Shown: one piece after another, positions 52,834 to 63,065 of the stretch
How the letters are laid out: every line of letters starts with the position of its first letter
Position numbering within the stretch: the stretch's first letter is position 1
Source of the DNA: Methanotrichaceae archaeon
GTDB lineage: Archaea; Halobacteriota; Methanosarcinia; Methanotrichales; Methanotrichaceae
Length of the DNA stretch: 64,000 nucleotides
Direction: 5' to 3'
NCBI GenBank assembly: GCA_963803145.1
Contig: CAWDLW010000015.1
Location: 352,001-416,000, forward strand
Notes under the pieces: generated by a model
Database searches by the model: none
Seen by the model: only the letters and a program-made list of their open reading frames with translations
Told to the model about the DNA's origin: nothing
Position numbers and translations under genes: made by a program

Positions 52834-53523
52834 TCAGCCTGTATATCCCAGCTCCTTGGCTTTGGCAAAGGCTGCATTAGCTTCTGTATTACGACCGAGA
52901 GCCTGAAGAGTAACACCTTTGCCATACCAGGCCTTCGCATACTGTGGATTAAGCTCGGTAGCCTTATCAAATGCCTGAATAGCTTCATCGTATTTGCCCT
53001 GATTACCGAGAGCAACGCCTTTGTTGTTCCACGCTTCTACATATTGTGGATTAAACTCGATGGCCTTGTCGTAAGCCTGGAGGGCATCATCATACTTGCT
53101 CTGATGAAGAAGAGCTTCGCCTTTGTTGTTCCATGCTTCTGCATAGCGTGGATTAAGCTCGATGGCCTTGTCGTAAGCCTGAATGGCTTCATCGTATTTG
53201 CCCTGATGATAGAGCGCAAGGCCTTTGTTATACCATGCATCTTCATAGTTTGGACTCAGCTGGATAGCTTTATCACAAGCCTGGATGGCTTCATCGTACT
53301 TACCCTGATCATCGAGCGCAACGCCTTTGTTACTCCAGGGATCTGGAAAGCTTGGATTAATCTCTATAGCCTTCTCATAAGCCTGAATGGCTTCATCATA
53401 CTTACCTTGGCCATATAGAACATTGCCTTTAGTTAGCCAATCCTCAGCTGTCTGCTGCCCAGAAGCTGATAATAAAATTATCATGATTATCAGATATAAT
53501 ATGATTATTGCCTTTGCTTTCAC
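52834..53523 (-). CDS. Secreted TPR protein
   Basis: Signal peptide plus about 6 AWxNKGxAL..GKYDEAIQAYDKAIE repeats. Confidence 0.92.
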   Translation of the reverse strand: MKAKAIIILYLIIMIILLSASGQQTAEDWLTKGNVLYGQGKYDEAIQAYEKAIEINPSFPDPWSNKGVALDDQGKYDEAIQACDKAIQLSPNYEDAWYNKGLALYHQGKYDEAIQAYDKAIELNPRYAEAWNNKGEALLHQSKYDDALQAYDKAIEFNPQYVEAWNNKGVALGNQGKYDEAIQAFDKATELNPQYAKAWYGKGVTLQALGRNTEANAAFAKAKELGYTG

Positions 53524-53761
53524 CGATAAGCTCCTCCCTTTTGCTTATACAGCGCTTATAATGATAAACATTATGATTTGAAAGCCCAAGTATTTCATTA
53601 CCCCAACATAACCGATGAACTAGACGAACGTAGATCATTGAGGTCAAATAACCGAGGGAGAAATCCTGAGACTAGCGATAAAGGCTAGCCGGAGGATCCA
53701 ACCATATCGAATTTTAGATCATAACACGACTCAGAGATTACAATCAATGGTAACAAATTAG

Positions 53762-54685
53762 TTACGAAGTACTCTGCGGCAACCCCATTTTTTCGAGGGC
53801 TTCTTTAGCCGCATTGCGCACACCTGAATCGTTATCCTTAAGGGCCTGAATCAATGGTGCAATTGCCCTATGATCTTGAATAGTTCCTAAAGCCATTGCG
53901 GCATTTTCTCGGTTATAGGAATCATCATCATCTTTAAGGGTCTGAGCTAATGGTTCTACGGCTCTGGTATCGTTGATCTTTTCAAGTCCACTTATAGCAA
54001 ACATTCTAACAATGCTATCATTATCCTTAAGAGCCTGGATCAATGGTTCTACAGCTCTGGTATCGTTAATCTTTCCTATCGCTGATGCAAAATCCCTTTT
54101 AGAGATACCGGTTTCATATCTGAAGGCTTGGGTCAATGGTTCTATGGATCGTGGATCTTTAATATCGCCGAGAGCATCCGCTGCACATCCTCGGACTTGT
54201 GGGTCCTTGTTTTTGAGGGCCTGAATTAATGGGTCTACAGCTGGAGTCCCAATTACTCCGAGCGCCTTCACAGCATCGCCTCTGAGATTTGTATCTTTAT
54301 CTTTGAAGGTCTGGATCAATGGATCTACTGCTAGTACTCCAATCCTCCCAAGAGCATCTAAAGCTGATTGCTGAACATCACTGTTATTATCTCTTAGCTC
54401 CTGAATCAATGGCTTTACAACTCGCGGGTCTTTCAGCCCTCCAAGAGACTCTATGGCATACTCTCTGACATAGAAGTCATCATCCTTAAGAGATTCTATC
54501 AAGGGTTCCACTATTCTAGAATCATTGGTTCCTACGAGCTCCCAAGCAGCATTCTCTCTAATGGTGCTATTATTATCTTTCAGATCTCGGATTAGTAAAT
54601 CCACATTTTTCGATTGATCTAATCCCATAGTGGATATACATAATACCGTTAAAGCTATCGAAGTAAGTACAAGCTTAGCTATCAT
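53762..54685 (-). CDS. Secreted HEAT/PBS-lyase repeat protein
   Basis: Signal peptide, repeated AVEPLIQALKD...VR..AA.ALG. Confidence 0.92.
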   Translation of the reverse strand: MIAKLVLTSIALTVLCISTMGLDQSKNVDLLIRDLKDNNSTIRENAAWELVGTNDSRIVEPLIESLKDDDFYVREYAIESLGGLKDPRVVKPLIQELRDNNSDVQQSALDALGRIGVLAVDPLIQTFKDKDTNLRGDAVKALGVIGTPAVDPLIQALKNKDPQVRGCAADALGDIKDPRSIEPLTQAFRYETGISKRDFASAIGKINDTRAVEPLIQALKDNDSIVRMFAISGLEKINDTRAVEPLAQTLKDDDDSYNRENAAMALGTIQDHRAIAPLIQALKDNDSGVRNAAKEALEKMGLPQSTS

Positions 54686-54948
54686 TATACCCCTCCAAAC
54701 CTCTTATCAATTCGTTAGGGCAGTGTTCCATTAATGCGGTAATTTCACACACATCTGTATCCAAAAACTGTCACCCATTGTCCACCGATAAATACTTTAT
54801 TCCAGTTATCCACTCTTCTAGCCCTCTCAATCGCTTATAAGATCATCGGATCAAGATGTTCCGTTCAAAAATCAATAACTACTATGTAGATGATGCCTGT
54901 TTACTTGAGCTTCAGAGATTGTTCCCAGAGATTTGCACTAATTTTCGT

Positions 54949-55134
54949 TCAATTATCGCCTTTGGCCTTTTCGATAAGTTCTTCCATTTGCTTTTCAAAC
55001 ATTGGGTCCCATCGCCAACTGTCGGGACACCCTGTAGCTTCCCATCTCACAAAATCCGCTAAATCATCGATGAGAGGGCCGGAACCTTCTTCCAGGTCTT
55101 CTAATCGGGCCTCAATGCTCTTTTTCGACCTCAT
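54949..55134 (-). CDS. Microprotein array member (MRSKKSIEARLEDLE...)
   Basis: Shared N-terminal motif, overlaps neighbour. Confidence 0.55.
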   Translation of the reverse strand: MRSKKSIEARLEDLEEGSGPLIDDLADFVRWEATGCPDSWRWDPMFEKQMEELIEKAKGDN

Positions 55135-55270
55135 CAAGCCACATCAATTGAATAACCTGAGCACCAGGCTCATGGCTATGTGTATCGTCGTACCAAACAA
55201 GCTCAACTTTCTCGGGTTTGTCTTGTTGCCTTTCCAGGTCCTTAATCCGCTTCTCAAGATTGTGCTTCAT
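55112..55270 (-). CDS. Microprotein array member, 52 aa (MKHNLEKRIKDLE...)
   Basis: Manual translation; shared motif; overlaps neighbours. Confidence 0.55.
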   Translation of the reverse strand: MKHNLEKRIKDLERQQDKPEKVELVWYDDTHSHEPGAQVIQLMWLDEVEKEH

Positions 55271-55406
55271 TTAACCATCGGACACGGCTTTTAGGGACCA
55301 TTCGCTTAATCAAAGGGCCGTCATCCCATTGAAAAGAAAATAGTATAAGTTCTTCCTGGGTATTCTCCAGCGCTGCCAACCTCCGATTTAGGTTATCTGC
55401 CTGCAT
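55254..55406 (-). CDS. Microprotein array member, 50 aa (MQADNLNRRLAALE...)
   Basis: Manual translation; GGAGG upstream; shared motif. Confidence 0.55.
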   Translation of the reverse strand: MQADNLNRRLAALENTQEELILFSFQWDDGPLIKRMVPKSRVRWLNEAQS

Positions 55407-55612
55407 CTCATGGCCTCCAGCTCAGCAAAGTACGGCTCGTATTCCAAGTATGTCTTAACATCGGGATCGTCGGCATCCAAAGGCAGACCGGTATCCATCG
55501 CTTCGTAGATCTCCTCATATCTCGCCATGCGTGCAAAAAGATCAGAGCGAGGCAAGTGAGCTTTCGTCTTGGCTTCAAGCTTCTCAAGCCTAGTTTTAAG
55601 TGTATCTCTCAT
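55388..55612 (-). CDS. Microprotein array member (MRDTLKTRLEKLE...)
   Basis: ORF track; shared motif. Confidence 0.6.
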   Translation of the reverse strand: MRDTLKTRLEKLEAKTKAHLPRSDLFARMARYEEIYEAMDTGLPLDADDPDVKTYLEYEPYFAELEAMRCRQIT

Positions 55613-55682
55613 AAATCTCTCTCAATTTGATCCCTTTGGCCTCTAGGGCTACAAGCCTGCTCAGTCTTTTGGACAGGTCCAT
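55596..55682 (-). CDS. Microprotein array member, 28 aa (MDLSKRLSRLVALE...)
   Basis: Manual translation; GGAG upstream; motif variant. Confidence 0.4.
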   Translation of the reverse strand: MDLSKRLSRLVALEAKGIKLREIYERYT

Positions 55683-55707
55683 ATTTGGTCTCCAAGTCAT
55701 CAGGACT

Positions 55708-56040
55708 CTACCTTCCAGCAATCGTCTCAGCTCTATCAAGCTCCACATCAGTCAGGCTTTCTACAAATGCACAGCAAGGGCAGTCCATCACGCCGTTCTG
55801 CATCAAAGCTAGAATCACGGCCTCTCTAGCTTCAGGAAACTCATGGATAGCATCGAAAACAGTTGCGGCAAGATCATAATCTCTATCATTATTGCGCCTG
55901 GCTTGAAGCTGAGCAATTAAGGCTTCCTTTGCTTTTGGATAAACATCGAGAGCTTGCACAATGGCCGTTCGAATATTGGGCCAATTATCTTCGATTTGCT
56001 CAAGGGCGTCGATTCGTTTCGTTAGGTTGTTAAGTCTCAT
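55708..56040 (-). CDS. Microprotein array member (MRLNNLTKRIDALE...)
   Basis: ORF track; internal repeat YPKAKEAL/FPEAREAV; ATGA overlap with upstream ORF. Confidence 0.6.
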   Translation of the reverse strand: MRLNNLTKRIDALEQIEDNWPNIRTAIVQALDVYPKAKEALIAQLQARRNNDRDYDLAATVFDAIHEFPEAREAVILALMQNGVMDCPCCAFVESLTDVELDRAETIAGR

Positions 56041-56279
56041 TGAGCAGTCTCATGGATAGATCCATATTTGGCCTCCAGCCCTTCCAGAAAAGTAATCTCT
56101 TCAGTAGTCAGCTTATCCCTATCGCCATCTATTCTCTCAATAATCACGCCCAAACGGCGCAACTCATCAGTTGTACACTTAGATAGTAACTCCCTCTGCC
56201 TTCTGGCTTCCAGCTCTTCAAGAGACGGCATTTCACTTTCCAGGGCCTCCAGCCTTCGGGATAGAGCATTATGCTTCAT
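56037..56279 (-). CDS. Microprotein array member (MKHNALSRRLEALE...)
   Basis: ATG 56279 after AGGAG; shared motif. Confidence 0.6.
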   Translation of the reverse strand: MKHNALSRRLEALESEMPSLEELEARRQRELLSKCTTDELRRLGVIIERIDGDRDKLTTEEITFLEGLEAKYGSIHETAQ

Positions 56280-56376
56280 AGATCTCCTTACAGGCTGCAA
56301 TGACCATCTCAGTTAGGCCACTGTGATTATTATCTGCTCTAGCCCACAGTTTGGCAAGATAGAAAAATTGCAGAAA

Positions 56377-59300
56377 TTAGCTCTGGTTTACCCTGAATTT
56401 CGGGTATTTATCCCTCTCTGTAGAGAACTCAAGCACAGGTAAATCATCAGTGTTTATTTCATTCACATCTTTAACATATTTATCGATATCTGTGGGACCT
56501 CTCCTGTAATAAGAAACTAGGAAGTCGTAGTTTCTCTTGCCAGGATCATAATGATCGTAATTATCATAGGTGAAACGGTATTCCCTTCCTGAGCATTTTA
56601 TAGTCCGGTTGAAATCTTCATCTACCTTCTTGGAGGAGAGCCTTGATTTATTTAAATCCCTATTGATATCGTAATTTTTGGCAGATGCAAGTACTATCTT
56701 ATCGCCGCCGAGGTCGAATTCGTAAATGTACGGAAATACGGAGTGAATGGTTTTGATTGCTATCATATAGTCATGCTCATCCATCTCGTAGCGAGGGAAC
56801 CATTGTGAGAAGATCCCTCCATCACTGAGATGAGCTCTTGCCATCTCATAGAATTCCTTTGTGAAAAGGTTCGAAACTCCCGATACCCAGATGTTTGGCG
56901 GCTCAGAGATGATCACATCGTATTTCTTATCTGTCGAGAAGATGAAGTTCCTTCCATCAGCGATGATGACATTGGTCCTGGAATCATTTAGGCAATGATC
57001 GTTGTAATCTGCTAACACTGTTCTGCATGCCTCGACAACCTCCGGGTCTATCTCTACTACATCTACTGATTCGACCTCATTGTAGGTCAGGATTGAGCTC
57101 AAGCTGAATGCTCCGCCCATCCCGATATTGAGCACTCGTTTTGGGCTACTGTGTAGGGAGATCGGCAGATAGCTGAGCAGACCTTGGGTATCCATATCGA
57201 GCAGAGATGCATCGGTCTTCCCGTTATTCTTGAGCCAGACATTTATGCGGTCACGGAAAACAGTGACAACCCCATAAGGAGAGTTGGCCTCAAACAGAAG
57301 TTGTGTATTATCTCCGGGATTGTCCTGAAATATGCCGGACTCGTTCGAATATCTGACCCCCTGGTAGTAGACTCCGTTGTACAGGTAATCAGGCTGGCAG
57401 TAAGCGATAAGGGATATACAGCTAAGAAGGATAATTGCAGTGCAAAGCATCATAGCATCCTTTTTTCTCTTCCTGGATAGGTCGTCTGTAAAACGATAGA
57501 GGAGCGATAAAGCTATTATAATAGGACTTACGCATTTGCCGGAACTTTCTTATAATATGGAGTTTATATTAAATGAGAAATGAGCTGGAGAAAGAGGCAT
57601 TGAATCCGGCTAAATGCGATGATCTAGATTACATTCACTTTCTAATTGCATCGATGGATGTTTTTTCCTGCACCGAAGCAGCTAGATGTCAGTTACCACG
57701 GGAAAATAATCCATCACATGATGCATTTACCCGTCTATTACAAAGACAGCCTCCTGATACGGAAGCGTTATGGGATGAGGTTAAGAAATTCATCGGCACC
57801 CAAGACTGTTTCTTAATTCTTGACGATACAACATTGGACAAACCCTATGCCAAAAAGATGGATTTAGTCTATCCCCTTTGGAGCGGAAAGCATCATAAAG
57901 TAGTAGAAGGAATCAATATTACTACATTGCTTTGGACGGATGGGACTCCAATAATTCCAGTTGATTTTCGAGTCTATGATAAAGATACTGATGGCAAATC
58001 AAAGAACAATCATTTTCGCGATATGTTGAGTAAAGCAAACGAACGTGGATTCAAGCCTGATTTTGTTCTTTTTGATAGCTGGTACTCTGGAATAGATAAT
58101 CTCAAAGCATTAAGGAAATTCGGTTGGCATTGGTTTACTAGGTTGAAGAAAAATAGATTAGTAAATCCTGATGATACTAAGAATATACCAATTGAGGAAA
58201 TAGAGATCCCACCACAAGGCAGAATTGTGCATTTGAAGGCTTACGGTTTTATAAAAGTATTCAAGATTGTCTCCGATGATGGTGACATCGAATACTGGGC
58301 GACTGATTCATTGAAAATGAAAGAAACGAGGCGAAAAGTATTAAGTAAGCATTCTTGGAAAATCGAAGAATATCACAGAGGGATTAAACAATTCTGCGGA
58401 GTTGAGCGCTGTCAAGCAAGAAAAAGTCAGTCTCAGAGAGCACATATCTCTTTCTCTATTAGAGCATTTCTCAGATTGGAGCTAAATCGACTTATCAAGG
58501 GCATAAGTTGGTTTGAAAGTAAGCGTAGAATTATTAGAAACGCTATTAGCACATACAGAGAATATCCCGATTTCTTATGGTTTATGGGCTCAACTGCGTA
58601 AGTCCTATATAATATAGATCGTGCCTGCGAGGATGGATGAATAGGTGAGGCCGATGAGCGGTATAATTATGAAGCCTGATATGAACGCTCCAAAGATAGA
58701 GCCAAAGGAGTTTACTGAATAAAGCTTTCCCAAATCAGTACCGCTCTTATCTGCGGATACATATGCCGCTGATAGGAGGGAAAGTGTTGTGCCCATCAGC
58801 ATTGTAGGTACCAGAATTATAGCAAAGCAGACTAGAAACAATAGAAGCATAAAGCTGGAGTAGAGACTTGTATGGAAATAGATGTAGAGGAACCACTTTT
58901 CCATCGCAGGGAATGCTATTACCAGCAGCATGCCTGCTGTGCCTATCACCAGCTCTACAAAGGCAAGCGCTGCGAACTTATTCCTTATCTTATCGGCATA
59001 TGCACTGGCAATGATGCTTCCTATTCCAAGTCCCGCCAGGAAGGTGGCAAGCACAGTTGCAAACGATTGCGTAGAGCTTCCATAAATCAGCGCTATATAC
59101 CTCGTCCAGATAACTTCGAACATCAGAGCGGCGAAGCCTGATAGGAAAAATAGAACGAGTATCATATTATTTTGTGAAATCTGTGTTTTCCCTTTCGTCT
59201 CCGGTTCAGGCAATGATTCAGCTAGCGAGTCTCCCCTGAAAGCTATTAGGCATATAATGCCAAAACTGACATTGAGCACAGATGCCATGACCGATACCTG

Positions 59301-59933
59301 GAAAAGGCCAAATATGGCGATAAGGAAGAAGCCGGTCAGCAAAGCGCCAATGGCTCCTCCCAGAGTATCGAACATATATGCTGTGCCGACGCTTTTGCCC
59401 ATGGCCTTAAGTTCGCTATAATATAGCTTGCCTACTGTAGGAAAAATGATGCCGATAAGGAATGTCGGCACTATCAGTATCATGAAAGAGAGAGCAAAAA
59501 GTGCTGAGTTGAACAGCATGAGGTTGCCGCTAAATAGGTTGTATATATAAAAATAAGGATGCCTCACCTGATCCAGCATAAAAAGTGTTGCAAGGCAGGA
59601 CAGACCTATCAGGATCTCGATAAAGGCGAGGAAATTGTATTTCTTCTCTATTCTGTCGATTATTCTGCCTCCAGAGAGGGAACCCATCGCCAAGCCCGCC
59701 ATGAATGTGGCAAGGACGGTAGTGATTGCGAACGCAGAGGTGCCGAAGATGAATGAGAGCTCTCTTCCCCAAACGACCTCATAAACAAGAGACGAGAAGG
59801 ATGTTATCAGAAGAATCACAAGCAACAGCCTGGTTCTCCAGCTTCCTTTTAAAGCGCATGATGAGGAACGGCTAAACCTGATACAAGAAGAACTTGGATC
59901 TCCCACAAACCCAAATACTCGCTCGCATCCCAA
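56377..59933 (-). pseudogene. Fused MFS-like membrane / spermidine-synthase-like protein split by an IS
   Basis: SLVYEVVW, LNIGMGG, VVEIDPEV, DGRNF, YDVIISEP; in-frame rejoin GTIYII-IALSLLYRF. Confidence 0.85.
57522..58607 (+). mobile_element. IS701-family element (transposase 57573-58601)
   Basis: TIR TAGGACTTACGCA/TGCGTAAGTCCTA; TSD TATAA; LDDTTLDKP, FDSWYS, WKIEEYHRGIKQ. Confidence 0.9.
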
Positions 59934-60091
59934 ATGAGCTTTCCGCCTATAATAAACCGACCAAGCCGCTTGAACTTTGCTATCAATTAATGATTGTTTT
60001 ATTACATATACCCATATACCTGTGGGAAGATTTTATACAATCTTTCAGAAAGGTATTTAACTATTAAACTAAATGATTTTTGGGGTAAGTC

Positions 60092-60544
60092 ATGTTCCAA
60101 AGAATCTTGATAGCATCGGATGGATCGAAGCACGCAGAGTTTGCAGCCAGAGTTGGTGTTGAATTAGCCAAAATGTCTGGAGGAAAGGTTACAGCAGTAT
60201 ATGTAGTAGATAAAGCCAGAACCATTGGTTCTATTGGCGAATCTGGCTACGATGTTGCTCCTGATGTAGCCGACGGCACCAGGCTTGGGCTGCAGAAAGA
60301 GGGGAAAAATGCGGTTAGCTATATTGAAAATCTGGCTAAATCATCAGGCGTTAGTGTTGAATCAAAAATTTTAGTTGGGAGTCCAGCCGACGCGATCCTG
60401 AACGCATCAGAGAAAGACCTTATAGATTCAATAGTCATAGGCAGTATAGGTCAGACAGGCATTACTAAGTTCTTGCTCGGCAGCGTTGCCGAAAAGGTAG
60501 TCCGCGGCTCTAAAATCCCTGTAATAGTAGTTCCTGGCGCATAA
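60092..60544 (+). CDS. Universal stress protein
   Basis: ILIASDGS, IVIGSIG...LLGSVAEKVVR. Confidence 0.93.
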   Translation: MFQRILIASDGSKHAEFAARVGVELAKMSGGKVTAVYVVDKARTIGSIGESGYDVAPDVADGTRLGLQKEGKNAVSYIENLAKSSGVSVESKILVGSPADAILNASEKDLIDSIVIGSIGQTGITKFLLGSVAEKVVRGSKIPVIVVPGA

Positions 60545-60602
60545 AAGCAATAGCTCAAAGATAACTGCGATAGGAGTTGTGCTAATACATTAGGTGGTGA
60601 TA

Positions 60603-60881
60603 TTATCCACCCGCCACCGGTGGAAGTATCGCTACCTCATCGCCTTCGCCAAGTATAGTTCTCAAGCCCTGCAAAGACTCGATATTCTTCCTGTTTTTCA
60701 TAATAATAACATACTCTCTGATATTGCCCGCCTCATCGAAGATGGCGGTTCTGAGATTCTGGTGGTTAGATATGAGGCTCTGCAGAAGATCCCCTGTCGT
60801 GGACCCTTCCTTGATTTCCATATCAAAATCCCTTCCTAGGATCTCCCTAAAGTTTGCGAACGCTCTGATGTGTACCTTCAT
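60603..60881 (-). CDS. Ubiquitin-like sulfur carrier (SAMP1/MoaD family)
   Basis: FANFRE, C-terminal GDEVAILPPVAGG. Confidence 0.9.
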   Translation of the reverse strand: MKVHIRAFANFREILGRDFDMEIKEGSTTGDLLQSLISNHQNLRTAIFDEAGNIREYVIIMKNRKNIESLQGLRTILGEGDEVAILPPVAGG

Positions 60882-60899
60882 ATTGATCTTCCAAGTGGT

Positions 60900-62000
60900 T
60901 CATAGAACCTTTTCTATATATTCTATGCCGAGATCCTCTTCGATCTTCAGCGCCTTCTCAAGCTTGCCTTTTGTAGCAGGCTTGTGAGGTACTGCCTTGC
61001 AGCCTTCAGCAGGCATGATGGATGCATCAAAGGTTCCTATCTTCCGGGCAATCCCCTCAGCTTCCACTTTATCAAAGCCAATGAGGGGCCTGTAGATCGG
61101 CATGCTGATTGCGCTATCCAGGACAAAGAGGTTATCCAGGGTCTGCGATGCGACCTGCCCCAGGGACTCACCTGTGACAATACCTTTGGCGCCAACTTCC
61201 TTGGCGATAGACTCAGCGATACGATACATACGGCGTTTACAGATAAGACATGTATAGTTTTCCAGGTTGCTTTTTCGCATAACTTCCATAGCTCTCAGCA
61301 GGAAATCATCTTTCACTATCCTAAGCTCAATATCCGGCTGGTATGCCTTCAACGTTTCGATCACAGCCTCAGCCTTTTTCAGGGCGCTTTCGCTGGAAAA
61401 GGACTCCAGATCTGCATAGACTGGAATTATCTTGCAGCCGCGCTTCATCACCATCCAGGCGGCCACAGGCGAATCTATGCCCCCTGAGAAAAGAGCAACC
61501 AACTTTCCCTCTACACCTAGCGGCAAGCCTCCAGCACCCTTTATCACATCGCGGTAAAGGTAGCAGTCCTTGTCCCTTATCTCCACATAAATTGTTACAT
61601 CGGGATTGTCCAGGTTTACCTTCAGGTTTGTAAACTGCTCTAGGATCTTATCGGCCAGTTCTATAGTCTTCTCATGAGAGGAGAATTGATGATCTCCAAC
61701 TCTGCGCAGTCTCAGTGCAAATGTCTTTGCCCTATCCAGGCCTGCTCTCATAGAGAAGTCCATAATGTATGAGTCCAGCTCCTGTAGGGAACAGCGCTCG
61801 CATTCCGAGAACGATACTATTCCGAAGACTTTCTTTAGCCTCTCTGGATCCACCGGCCCTTCCAGCCAGATTCTTCCCCAACTCTTTCTAACCTTGCATT
61901 CTGGGAGTGCCTTCTGAAGGTTGGAGATGAGCACATCTTCCCAGCGCCTGCGTACTGGAAGGGACTTGAGCGCTATCTCGGAATACCTAAGGAGATACAT
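60900..62000 (-). CDS. thiI: tRNA 4-thiouridine synthase (THUMP plus PP-loop, no rhodanese domain)
   Basis: RYSEIALKS, GGLPLG, SGGIDS, CLICKR, GESLGQVASQT. Confidence 0.93.
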   Translation of the reverse strand: MYLLRYSEIALKSLPVRRRWEDVLISNLQKALPECKVRKSWGRIWLEGPVDPERLKKVFGIVSFSECERCSLQELDSYIMDFSMRAGLDRAKTFALRLRRVGDHQFSSHEKTIELADKILEQFTNLKVNLDNPDVTIYVEIRDKDCYLYRDVIKGAGGLPLGVEGKLVALFSGGIDSPVAAWMVMKRGCKIIPVYADLESFSSESALKKAEAVIETLKAYQPDIELRIVKDDFLLRAMEVMRKSNLENYTCLICKRRMYRIAESIAKEVGAKGIVTGESLGQVASQTLDNLFVLDSAISMPIYRPLIGFDKVEAEGIARKIGTFDASIMPAEGCKAVPHKPATKGKLEKALKIEEDLGIEYIEKVL

Positions 62001-62001
62001 T

Positions 62002-62739
62002 TCAGCTCCGGATCCCGCAGTCTCTGCAAGCTATATCTCTCTCTACATCAATGGTCTCTGTAGAGAGCTTCAGGCCATCCCATATGAGGAGCTTATTTGC
62101 AAGAAGCTCACCTATTCCTGTAAGATACTTTATTGCCTCAGTGGCTTGAATCAGGCCAATAATCCCAGGAGTGACACCGATTACAGGAAAGGTTGCAGGA
62201 GGCGGAGCCTGGGCAAAGATACACCTCAGGCAGGCTGTCTCTCCAGGCAGCACTGTAGTGGCCTGGCCATGAAACCCATAAATGGCACCGTGGATAAATG
62301 GTATGTTCTTCGAGATAGCAATCTTATTAAGCAGGTATCTGGTGTCAAAGTTATCCATAGCATCGATGATTAAATCTGCATCTCCAACCAGGCTGGGCGC
62401 ATTGTGTTCATCTAGCGTCTCTGGAATCGCCACTATACTGATGTCGGAGTTCATTTCTCTGAGCTTTTCCTTGGCCGATAGCGCCTTGCTTTTTCCCACA
62501 TCCTTCTCAAAGTAGAGTATTTGACGATTTAGGTTGCTAAGCTCCACTACATCCTTATCTATAAGAACTATTTTTCCAATGCCTGCTGCTGCCAGATAAA
62601 TAGAGATAGGAGAGCCCAGGCCGCCGGCGCCTGCAATGAATACCTTCGCATCTTTGAGCTTCTCCTGGCCATCTATCCCAAAGAGCTTTATCTGCCGATC
62701 ATATCTTCTGAGATCTTTGTCGGTGATCATTGTAGTCAA
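62002..62739 (-). CDS. ThiF/MoeB/UbaA E1-like adenylyltransferase
   Basis: RYDRQI, GAGGLG, SNLNRQ, CLRC, CRDC. Confidence 0.93.
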   Translation of the reverse strand: MTTMITDKDLRRYDRQIKLFGIDGQEKLKDAKVFIAGAGGLGSPISIYLAAAGIGKIVLIDKDVVELSNLNRQILYFEKDVGKSKALSAKEKLREMNSDISIVAIPETLDEHNAPSLVGDADLIIDAMDNFDTRYLLNKIAISKNIPFIHGAIYGFHGQATTVLPGETACLRCIFAQAPPPATFPVIGVTPGIIGLIQATEAIKYLTGIGELLANKLLIWDGLKLSTETIDVERDIACRDCGIRS

Positions 62740-63065
62740 TCATCTCCCAAGATCAGTTAAACTTTGTCTTGTCGAGCTGGGATGCATATCGCCATTAAAG
62801 CGTTCTTCTATACAATACAGCGATTTGCGGCAACAATTGCCGTATTAACAGCTGTTACGCATAAAAAGATTATTGGGAGGATTGTTGAGCAGATTTCAGG
62901 GATGGCTTTTTCTGGCGTCAAGTGAGCAATGCATCACTAGATAGAGGCAATATGCTGCTAAGAATATTGGTTTCTTCGGACATGGCCTGCCACACCTACA
63001 CTGCATCTACGATTGAGCAGTTAGTTTAATAATCCCTTAAACCGTCCAATGAGCTGAAGATAAAT

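Noticed and set aside
52738-53418. 226-aa hydrophobic repeat ORF on the plus strand
   Set aside because: Antisense shadow of the TPR gene
11828-55710. Several in-frame TAG codons (11828, 37206, DUF433 copy near 39175, 55708) suggesting pyrrolysine or amber recoding
   Set aside because: Most are single-base changes in elements with other lesions; TAG ends mutL and others at their normal C-termini; no pyl genes in the window
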